From positions 7,750,001 to 7,814,000 of the forward strand of contig NC_073413.1 of NCBI RefSeq assembly GCF_028641065.1: 64,000 nucleotides of DNA, read 5' to 3'. The DNA is from Leucoraja erinacea (lineage: Eukaryota). Below are positions 27,201 through 39,200 of this stretch, piece by piece (positions within the stretch are counted from its first letter, which is position 1; each line of letters begins with the position of its first letter). The translations under genes and the position numbers were made by a program. The notes under the pieces are model-generated. The model was not told the DNA's origin and ran no database searches. It saw nothing but the letters and a program-made list of their open reading frames with translations.

Positions 27201-30200
27201 AACCCACATCTCACTTTTCCAAATGTAATTCTTACCCTGGCCAGATCTAAGTCTGCTTGCTTGCGATACCTCCAGAATGTAACAGAGGACTGAGAATGCA
27301 GACGGGTGATGGGTTCACCGTAAATGAATAGCTTAATAAATACACCCAGCACAATGATACCGTTCACCAGCCAGAGGATTAGGGTGGGTAGCATCCAATC
27401 AAACCAGCCTTTGGAGCCTTCTAAAATAGAAAAAAATATATATATATTATAAACAAAAACTAACACTGCCCAATTGCTTCAGGACATATGTTACATCGTT
27501 TAGTCGAGACTTAAAATGTAATCAATATTAACAAATGATTATATCTAGAATACTCTCGTTTGTTTTTTGACTTTAGCATTGCCAAGTATAATTTTATCTG
27601 CATCTATTCAGCGATATGGAGAGTAGAAATGTGTATGCTGGATTTATATCTTTTAAGGGATTAGGGGGATAGGAATGTAGTGCTGTGGTAACAGATCATC
27701 TCTGATCTTAATGAATGGCAGTGCAGGCAAGAGCGACCAGACTTCTAATTGTTGTTTTTTGAGATTAAGATAAATTATAGGTGAATTATTTAAAGAAGAA
27801 TCAAGAGGCGTATAATATTTTACTAAGATACAATAAAAAAATTTCCCCTCAAATTAAGTGGTTGCGAGAGATAGCAAAACTTCAAAGGAAATTGTGCACA
27901 CATCCTTTTAAGAATTACCTGAGGTACCAGCTGCAATACATTGTGTAAATGCTGTGATTAAGTCTGTGACAAGTTACCACTTATGGTGAGATTACAGAAG
28001 ATAACGCGCTCTAAAGATAAAAGAGTTAGCAGTAGGGGAAAATCTGGTTTTAGAAGAGGAAAATTGTTACGTGGGGAAAAAAGGTATTGAGTATTTTTAA
28101 CGGTGGGATGCAAACAATGGCTGTACTTTGAGGTCACACCTGTTCAGTGGATTCATCAACGATTTAGATGTAGGGTTCAAATGAGAAATGCCAAAATTGT
28201 CAGGAGAATTTTTCAGAAGACCAAAAAAGCTATGAAAATTGTTGAGATGAGAGAATGGACTAAACTTAAATATTCTAAATAAAGCACAAAGTGCTCGATT
28301 ACTCAGCGGGTCAAGCAGCATCCATGGAGGGACAGGATAGGTGATGTTTTTCAGATTGATTGTAAATGGGGTGTGGAGGAGAAAGCTGGAAAAGGGGGGT
28401 GGGATGTAGTAGAGGGGAGAAAGTTGGAAAAGAGAGGTGGAATACGACAAAGCCTGACAAGTGACAGATAGATATAGGGGGGGGCGGGGGGGGGAGGGGG
28501 TTGATTGGCAGATGGGTGGATATTCAAGAACAGATGACAAAAGATGAACAAAGGAAATATAGAGAGTTGAAGGAATGCAGAAATAGGGCAGAAACGAGTC
28601 ATTAGGAATGATAGAAGGTAGACAAAAGTGCTGGAGAAACTCAGTGGGTGCGGCAGCATCTATGGAGCGAAGGAAATAGGCAACGTTTCGGCCGAAACGT
28701 TGCCTATTTCCTTCGCTCCATAGATGCTGCCGCACCTGCTGAGTTTCTCCAGCACTTTTGTCTACATTTGATTTTTCAGCATCTACAGTTCCTACTTACA
28801 CATTAGGGATGATATGTTCACCTAAAGGAAATTCTGTTAGGTAAATGAAAAAATATCAAATAAAAAAAATAAAAAATGTATTTCACCACAGGATTATTTA
28901 TGAAACAATGCTTACCAGGCTCGATTCCCAGCATACTTCTACCAGGGTGCCCAGAATCTTCAGGTGCTGATGAATGCATTCGACGTTGAAAAATTGAAGC
29001 AAGTGGGTTGAAGGAAAGACAAAGAAAGGTGAGGGTGCACAGGAGAATCCGAGAGCTGTCCAGCATTCCGAAGGTGGGGGGTGACAATGGCTCCTCCTTT
29101 ACCTGTAGAGAAAGGTTTCTTTGTAATTACCTGGTCGGTCATTCAGCCCTGTGTGCCTGTTATACTCTTATGCATCTATCCACCTTTGCTACACACACTT
29201 TGATGCTTCTTCCCATCAAAAGGATATTGATATTCTACCATCTACCATATATAGCCTTTTAGAGGAAGAACATTCCATATTTAAGCCAATAATTAACACA
29301 ATAGATATTTTCAGAGGTACACAAAAAAGCTGGAGAAACTCAGCGGGTGCAGCAGCATCTATGGAGCGAAGGAAAAAAGCAACGTTTTGGGCCGAAACCC
29401 TTCTTCAGTTATTTGAGATTTAATTTTTTGAGTTATTTAATTAAGGAATGGAAGACCAGCAAAACTAAGAGCATTATGTAATTCACTTATCTTCTCTTTT
29501 TATCTGACACCCTTACGCCCTCTTTGTATCTCCAACCTTTGTCATTGACATCAGCCAATCTAACCCCACTCACTTGTATCTACCCATTCACTGCCAGGCC
29601 TTGTCTCGCCCCCACCTTTTTTCCAGCTTTCTCCTCACCCCATCATCAGTTTGAAGAAGGGCATGCAAATGTTGCATCCACAGATGCAGCCTGACCTGTT
29701 GAGTTACTCGAGCACATTGTGTTTTGCTCAAAACTAAGAGCAAGGTGCAGGAACACAAGATATAAAAAAATGTTTAAACAAAAATATTCCTTAGGAGTTC
29801 CCAGCTTTTTACAAACAATATTATTGAAAAGGCTGCTACCATTGCTTCGTCAAGGAGAGGGCTTCCAGGTTCAGAATCAATGGAGCAAGGTGAGAACGTT
29901 CCAGCGGAGCCAGAATCTGAAGGTGGCGGTGACATGATCAATAAATGTGATTTGAAGTCATCGGTCTTCAGGTCCATATCAATGTCCAACAGGCTGGAAA
30001 TCTCAGATCCCTTCAGACCCTCTGCAATATTGGAAAAAGGATTACATTTAAATATGTAGCTGTAAATTTACAACAACTTAAATGAGATATCATGTTATAA
30101 TTCACTCGTGAACACAGTTGGAAGCATCTCATCTAAACTAGATTTCTCTAAAGTATTAACATTCAGTACAAGTATGCATAATAAAGCAATTTATTTTAAA

Positions 30201-33200
30201 CTTAATGTATAGATGACTAGAATTGAAAAAGTGCTTATTTCTATGCTTGCCATTGGAAGAGTTACATAAGTAGGAACCTCCCCTTTGATATAAACCTGGC
30301 ACTACTTACTGTTTTTCTGGTTGGCCATTTTTAGTGCCATGTTCTCCTGTCGTAGCTTGTGGTTGGTTTGTTGAAGGTATTTAATGTAATCAATGGCTTT
30401 TCTTAGAACTCCAGATTTGTTCATCTGCAAAATATGTCACATTAGCTTTTGGCATTTAAGTTTAGTGGTTATTTATTTTAAAAATTGTGCCATCACCATA
30501 ACGTATAATATCATACACAATTCTCAACCTAATTAAATGGTAAAAAGGTTGTATCTTGGAAGAAATTGCGTACAGCCTCTTCTCATGGATCAAATAAGAT
30601 AAATGAACAATTATTTCACTTTGAACATATTATATTGTACAGTGCCAAATTGTATCTAGTAATGCTTCCATGAAACACTTGAGATGTTTTAACTATGTTA
30701 AAGCTGTTACAAAAATGCAATCTGTTGTTGCTCAATCTTACTCGCGAATCATAACGCTACCTGCCGTTAGCGTTACGAGCCGCTAAGAGACATCCCCGAG
30801 CTCCGACATACCTGCTTCGTTCATTCTCCGTGCTTACCACGAGTTTGATTTTCTTTTTTAAACTCGGGAGAGCTCTTGGAATGAACTCGTACCGTGGGAC
30901 AGGGCTTTTAACACATCAAAATGGAATAACCCATAAAGAAAAATGAGTTATGCAACTGACTGACCTTAGCTTCTGTCCCCATTACAAGATCCTTGAGTTC
31001 TATAATTTTATCATTGATGGAAGACCTATAACGCTTCTCAATTATGTTGTGCGTTGTTCTTTTTTCACCCTCCTTCGGCCCTTCCATTGAGAGTTTTCCA
31101 TTTCCATTGATATGCTTGATCGGAACCTTCTCTACCCCAACCATCATTGGCATGGTGGTCAAAATGGTTCCATTACTGCTGACCAATGTCTGAGATAAAA
31201 ATAAACATGACATTAATTCTCAATACAAAAAGTTAATAAGTATTTAACTTTCATGTCTTCCAATAAACCCTTCCCTGACATACTTTCTGGATCCACTTGA
31301 GGTCCCCTTAAGACAAACCAAGTAACTTGCTCCAAGATACAAGAGCAGCAAGGGGAAATATGATCTCTGACTCAACTTTGCTGTTGGAATGTTGAACAAT
31401 ATACTTTTGGGAAAATCTGAATCAAGAGGATTTTTTGATCGAATGATTCAGATTTTCAAACAATAGCAGTCATACATTATGCATTGTATTCCAACTAACA
31501 AGGATTGAACTTCGAGCTGAACAGGTCACTCAGATGAATTAATCACTTGATGATTAAAGTGAGCTCTGTGTAACAAACAGATTGAGAAATTGGAAGAGTT
31601 AAAATAACATCTCCTCCACCACTGACAGAGGGCACCATCCACAAAATGTCAAGATACTCTAGAGCAACACACCAAGTTTTCTTCAACAACACCTTTCAAA
31701 CCTGTGATTTCTTATTATCTAAAATGAAAAAGGGAACAGAAATATTTTAACACCATCTTCTCAAAGGTCTATCAAAGGCATGTGGGATAATTCTTCAGAG
31801 TTGTTGTCAAATCTTCACGCTCTCTGATTAACAGTGGAGGAATTCCTCCACTGTTAGTTTAGTTTTCTCATAAATAATACTTTAAACATCAAAGGCAGAC
31901 TTTTGAAGTTGAGGAAGACTTATTTCCACGAACGTGCTCTGCGTTTGAGGCTGTTATTGAATCTAATGCAGGATCTGCAGAATCTGACAAAAGGTGATGG
32001 TAGTGGAAGAGGTTGCAGATGGAGCTTGCCAAGGGCATCGTGGCTGCTTGGTAAACATCACAGTTGCTGGGTTTGAGGTCTTGATCATTAATGGGCCGAT
32101 TGTCATGCTCACAACGCAGAAAGGATTTCATTATTGATATCTGCCCTCAATGAGATGGCTCCTGAGATACGAAGAGATCTACATAAACTATGAGCTCATC
32201 GTGAATCACAACAGTTGGTTGGGTGAGGTGGTGGAAAATGGCAATGTTGTGCAGTGGGGCAGCTCGGCGAGGGATCTTTATGTTCCAGATGTTTCATTTT
32301 GTCCAGTGAAGGAATCAAGGATGGTTTGGTCACCAGTGTGCAAATGTACTAGCATCGGCTGCATATTGTAAGCAAATTACTGAGGTTGGAGTAACCTTGA
32401 TTCTGGAGTAGATATGACGAAGGTTTGAACAGTTTCATCTTGCAGAGGTGAACTGGCCGGAGGTTAGCTGAAGTATTGAAGCAGAACTCTGGACAATTCT
32501 TCCCAATCGATCATCATCCCAGGATTCAATCCAATGAATCCTCATTCATACTGGGCAGCATGGAGAACCTTGCCACTGTAACCAGCCCACATTGAAACAG
32601 CCTGGGAGCATTTCTTATGGCAGCAGAGCATGTGCTTTATAATATATATTTAACTATCAGCATTGTTCGGGTACTTTTACCAGGACTGTCGTCTTTCAAG
32701 AAGATGGATCATCACTGTTTATCAAAGGTTATTAAGGGCAGAGAATAAATGTTGCTTTTGCCAACAATTCCCAGCTTCCAAATGATGAATGACAACCAGC
32801 ACTGTCAATCTCCTGTAACTGCTAACCAAGCTGAAAGCATTTAACTCACTGAGTTGGAACAGAATCCTAAAACATCCACATCTTGGACATGTGCTGCCTT
32901 TTAAACTATTAAAACCGCTGCTGAGCACAAGTGTCAAGTAAATCATTGGCCAAGAATTTGCATCCATGGACAACATATATTATTAATTTCAGGCCCTATA
33001 TGTGTCAAAGATGACATGCATTCAATAAAAATACCTACCGGGACTTGCAAAGCTGTGGTTTGCATGGGAGCAGTCAGAGTGGTAATGGTTGGATTCTGCA
33101 TAGCTGCAATAACAGGACTGCGATCCGTTTTCAGAGGCGTCAGGACTAAGGAGTCTGTCTTTATGATTTGAGGCTGCATTAGAACCTGGAATAAAATAAA

Positions 33201-36200
33201 ATGCACTCATACAATTCAAAAAGCTGGTAGTATTAACAGTCTTGGGAATGGTTGATGGAAATACGTTAACAGAAGCAGAAATAATTAAAAAGTGATCAGC
33301 TCTTCCACTCCATTTTACAAAAATGCATTTAGCTTTGATGTGCCAAGTGCAGACTATGATTCTTCTGAAGAGCATATATTTAATATTAAAATTTATCTTT
33401 GTGGTTAGCAACCCAAAAATTCAAGTTCCTTGCAAAAATCTAAAAGTAAAACTGAAGATGCTGAAAATAAAAAATAAAAATATAAAATGCTGGAAATACT
33501 CAGCAGGTCAGGCCGCATCTGTGAGAACACAAACAGTTAACTTTTCGGGTCGAAAACCTTCCTCAAAACAGCTGCCTTTGTTAACTCACAGGGGACAAAT
33601 GCCAAGAGCTAGGTCCTTCTATTTTTGATGAAACCGATAGTTTGGCATTAGTCAAAGGAAATTAAAATATTTAACAGGAAGAAATCTTTACAAGAATAAA
33701 TGAGATATCCACCTATCACTTGCCAGACTTTGCCAACCCCCCTCCTTTCTAGTATTCTCCCCACTACTATAATCAGTCTGAAGGAGGGTTCAACTTCTGA
33801 CCCAAATTGTCACCTGTCCATTCCCTCCACAGATGGTGCCTGACCAGCTGAGTTTCTCCAGCACTTTGTATTTTGCTTAATAGTCAGTTAATGTCATCCT
33901 TTTAGAGTGGATATTCCTACTTAATAGTCATCTAACAAGTAAATGGGTGACTTGGACCTTTGGAAAAAGCATACTTACTGGAACCTGCTGCATCTGTGGT
34001 GCGTGAGTTCGGACAGTGGTGGTGGTGGCGGGGGTTAGCGTCTGAATGGTGCCTGTGGTGGCTGATGTAAGCATCCTGTGGGTTGACAGGCCCTGCACTT
34101 GCTGCTGAAATGTGATTGGCTGCACCTGTGAGGAAGTGACCAGGTTCTGTAGCTGGGACTGAAGAACTATAAAAATATCCAAGATTAAAGTAAGCAAAGC
34201 CAAGTTAATGACAGAAACAATCGTAATATTCCTAATGCCCCTGTCCCACTTAGGAAACCTGAACGGAAACCTTTGGAGAGTTTGTTCTCCACCCAAGGTT
34301 TCCGTGCAGTTCCCGGAGGTTTTTGTCAGTCTCCCTACCTGCTTCCACTACCTGCAACCTCCAGCAACCACCTGCAACCTCCGGGAACCGCACGGAAACC
34401 TTGGGTGGGGTGCAAAGTCTCCAGAGGCTTCCGTTCAGGTTTCCTAAGTGGGACAGGGGCATTATTCCTCAATTAAATCAGGTACCACCCGATGCACAAC
34501 TCTACATATATACATTTGACAAATAGGTAGATGATGAGGAAATTCATTTGATTGCAGGGAAGGGCCACAATTAAGAGCCTGAGTGGGAAAGAGGCGAATG
34601 TTCCACGAAGACAGATTCACAAATCACAATGATTGGAATACAAGTTAATAGACACAAAGCAAAGTATTGTGAGTTCAATCTAGTGGGATATCATTGCAAA
34701 TCAGGAAAGTTATCCCAAGTTAAGAAAATATATTTTCAGAAATAACAGTAGTTTTTTTTTCTTCTTCCTCATAACACATCATTTTTCAATTGAATTACAA
34801 GAACATTATTCAGAATTATTGAATATAATAAAGGATTCAGGTGATTCCTCGTTTATCAAGTTTTTATATTATTCTCTGTTCATGCATGCCAACTCTCCTC
34901 AGATTCAATCACCCATCTATACATCGTGAAAAATTAGCAGCCAATTAACCCACTGTTCAGCATATTTTTAAGATGTGGAAACAGGAGCATCCAGAAGAAA
35001 TCCACATGCCGCAGGGATTATGTGTAAACTTCTCCTGGACAGCACCCGAGGTGAGGATTGAACCCAGGTGTCTGCACTGTGAGACAATGGCTCTAGATGC
35101 ACAACTGTGCTGTCCTTTTGATAAGAACACAAAACTCTTGGCCACAATGTATGAAGCTTAAACCTCAAGTGTACTGCTCCCTGTGTTGAAATCAGGATGT
35201 TATTTCGTACACCGACAATTAATGTGGATTCAAAGGCCACTTTAATCATGAATTCCACTCAACCACAAGATTCTAAAAAGCTATCTATGTAAACACATAC
35301 CTGAAAATCCTCCTTGATTCTGGTAAGCGAGCACAGGCTGTTGAATAATCCGAGTCTGCGTTGGTGCAGAGGTAAAATTTGATGTTATCATGAACGTTTG
35401 TTGTGGTTGTGTGTGCGGTGGGCGAGGGTGAAGAACAGGGGTGATCCTTTGGGTTACAGGTGAAGGAGTCTGTGGGAGTGTTGGTGGCATGGAGGTTTGA
35501 ACTTGTTGCTGCACCAGTTGCTGCTGTTGTACTAGTTGCTGTTGTTGTACCTGTTGCTGCACTAGTTGTACCTGTTGCTGCACTAGTTGCTGTTGCTGCG
35601 GCTGTTGCTGCACTAGTTGCTGCGGCAGTTGCTGCACTAGTTGCTGCGACTGTTGCTGCACTAGTTGCTGCGACTGTTGCTGCACTAGTTGCTGCGTGTT
35701 GCTGCACGAGTTGCTGCACCAGTTGCTGTTGCTGGGCCTGTTGCTGCACCAGTTGCTGTTGCTGCGGCTGTTGCTGTACCAGTTGCTGCTGTTGGAGTGG
35801 CGCTTGTTGCTGTACCAGTTGCTGCTGTTGAAGCGGCGCTTGTTGCTGCCCTCCTTGCTGTGGTAGAGCAACTGGAGGCTGGTCAAGCTTGTCGCATCCT
35901 GCCAGACCATTGCTGAATTGTTCAAACAGGTCAGGAAAATCACCAACTTGACCATTGACAAATTGCAGCATTTCTATAAAAAGATAATGAAATTATTATT
36001 ATTGTGGAACAAAGATACACTTTCATGTGAGCCACTTATTTCCTCACAACATAGCACTAAATACAACATGTTAATGCTCAAAACCAAGATCAGTAACCGT
36101 ATATTTAGGCTGTGGGCCGAGGAGCTTTTTCGTTCAAGTTCGTGACCCAACTCATGGAACTACCTGAATTTACAACATATTGTGTAAAAATATTATATAA

Positions 36201-39200
36201 ATCATACCTGAAACTCCTCAAGACCAAAACCTGCCCATTTAAAAAAAAATGACAAAAACTTCCAATTTTCCCCGAGTAGTAATTGTCCAATCAATGCATG
36301 TTTGACATCCAGGTCGGACGCAAATTGACCAATCCCTCGCATTGTTTTATGGTCGCTAGGCAGCAAGAACCCTGGGATCATGGCTGCCTACTCATTACAT
36401 CAAAACAATAACAAGGTTTCCAAGGAATAGAGGTAATGCTAACCTTGCTGATCATTTTGTTTTTCAATTGATTTATCTTTATAAAGTTATGATGTGAACT
36501 GTTAAATAAAAATGATAAATAACAAATGTAGGGTTAGGGTTAGAATTAGGGTTAGGGTCAGGGTCAGTCGGTCAGTCGGTCGGTCGGTCGGTCGGTCGAT
36601 CTGGCTTGTCAGTAGGCCGGTGGATGCTGTGGAGGATAGGTCAGGCTGTCGGGCCGCCGGTGGGTGGTGAGAGTGGTCGGGCTGCCTGGTGGGTGGGTGC
36701 TGCAAGTGGTCGGATAGCCAGTGGGTGCTGCGAGGGGTCGGTCTGACTGTCGGACGGCCTGTGTTATAGCGAGCGAGCGAGCGATGGACGGTCTATGGTG
36801 GAGCTGAAGGCGGCCCGGGCGGCGTGCAGGGCAGTGCTGCTCCCCACCATCATCACCACGATGATCGAGAAGGGCATGCTGGCCGAGATGGACGCGCTGC
36901 GGGGCCACGCGTACGGAGCCCACAGCTGGTCCCAAAGCGGCTCCAGCTCCAACCGTGGGCAGCGCTGGAAGGGGGGCAAGTTAGGGTTAGGGTTAGGCAT
37001 TTTTCTGTCAGTGGTAGATGCCTTAGCCTTCCTGCAGCCTGGCATTGCCCCAGTCCCACTATGGCTGTGACCCCTACTCTGCACACTGGCAGTCAATGGG
37101 GTTCAGTAAATGGGGGAACCCACAGGAACTGCCCTCACTCATTAATTAGGCTGGTTCAGGAGCCGGAACTCTGCGGCAGTCTCATTCAAAATACACACTC
37201 ACAATTATATTCATTATATTATTTTTATATAATGTAATTATATATGATTACAGCCATATTCACAAGTCATGGTATATGGTATAATAATATATGGTTTAAA
37301 TAGACTGCAACACGGAAATAGGCTCCCCATGGTGTAATATTGGTATTGGACTAGATCGCGCTTACTTTTTTGATCTCATTTTCTAATTAGTTCAATTAAT
37401 TAATGTGCAACTTTTGGCACTGACGAGTTACGACTTCCTTCTCAATTATATTTTATTTAAATTTGTGCAAAATGTCATGTAGTTCTGAGACATGGGTCAC
37501 AAAATTTGATTTCTAGATGCCTTTTTGATGCTTGGCCCACAGCCTAATTATCAGAATATAATTAAATGAGTTTTAAATTAATAAAGACGACTTCAAAGTG
37601 TTCGGTTCATGTGCTGATGAGAATTTCAATTGTAAAACAAGAATCCATTATAGCACATTAAAACAAGAGTCATTCAGGACTTTTCCAGTTTGCAGAATAC
37701 TGCAATCATTAACCTTGGAAAGATACCGATAGCATTTCCATGTACGGCAATGTGCTTCCTTTTGTTCAATGTGATGAGAGGCTCTTGTAATATTAACAAG
37801 AAAGGTTTCATCGTTCGAGATTTAATTGTGTACATTAGATTCCTTCACAAGAGCACTCACGCAGCCCCCACTATTAATTATATAATCAATTGACTATGAA
37901 TAAACATCTGTACTCTGAAGATAGACACAAAATACTGGAGTAACTCATCAGGACAGACAGCATCGCTGGATAGAAGGAATGGGCACATGTCCTTTAAACT
38001 TAGCTATCCAGTTTTTAACATTTCCTCCCTGGATATAAGGTTCTGACTGCCTATGCCTCTCTATTTTTTTTTAATTATTTTTAGATCAGATCTCCCCTCC
38101 ACCTCTGATTATCAGATCTCCCCTCTACCTCTGATATTCCAGATAAAACAATCCAAGTTTGTCCAACCTCTCTTTGGACTAATCCAGGCACCATTCTGGT
38201 AAACCTCTTCTGCATCCTGGTTCTCATGGTCAAATCTTTCACAGCCATTCCATTTTGATCCATTCCTCTGTGATCTTCTAACAACCATCCCAGCCCCCAC
38301 TTCTCCCACTACCTCCCGCAATTTCACTGTCAGTTTCACTGTCATTTCACTGAAAGTTAGTAGCTGTGCCAATCTTTATCTTTTTCCAGATCCATTTTTT
38401 TATTTACATTTTGATCAAACTTCTCATCAGCAATCACAACATTCTTTGGTTCTCTTAATTTTACACTCAAAATACTTTCCAAATTTAAAAGGTATTTATG
38501 AATGCAAGATGTTTTATTGTGTCCAAATTGAATTGTTTAATATTAGCTGAAGCTTGTACACAGCAGCTTAGAGAAAAATATACTCTAAATTTATGATTGT
38601 TTCAAAAGTTGCAGATAAATTTGAAAAGGTCCTTATTGAATTGAAGAAGTGATTTTCTTTTTTTTGAAAAAATTAAAATTACCTTTGATAGCATTCTTTA
38701 TTACAGAACATCTGAAAGCACTTTATAGCAAATTAATTACCTTATAAATGCAGCAACTATTTCAAACTAACATAGAAACATAGAAATTAGGTGCAGGAGT
38801 AGGCCATTCGGCCCTTCGAGCCTGCACCGCCATTCAATATGATCATGGCTGATCATCCAACTCAGTATCCCGTACCTGCCTTCTCTCCATACCCTCTGAT
38901 CCCCTTAGCCACAAGGGCCACATCTAACTCCCTCTTAAATATAGCATGTTTAAAACGAAATGTAATAACCAATTTAGAAATAGCAACAAAATAAAATAGA
39001 TATAATCTGCTTTTTTAATAAAGATGTCTGAATACTAAATATCAATGTGGATATATCAGAGAACATTCCTGTTTTCATTGGAACAATGTCTCAATTTGAG
39101 TAAAGAGATTTGACCTCCATTCTCCATTAAAACATTCCATTCAAAAGATGGCACCTTTAGCACTGCAGGACTTACCCTTGACTGCAGTATCTCCTAAATT

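Noticed and set aside
35460-35916. Plus-strand Cys-rich and Ala/Val-rich ORFs
   Set aside because: Antisense readings of the SREBF2 CAG/CAA repeat
36528-36997. Ancient telomere fusion site
   Set aside because: TTAGGG tracts are short, all in one orientation, and lie inside a TIR-bounded element
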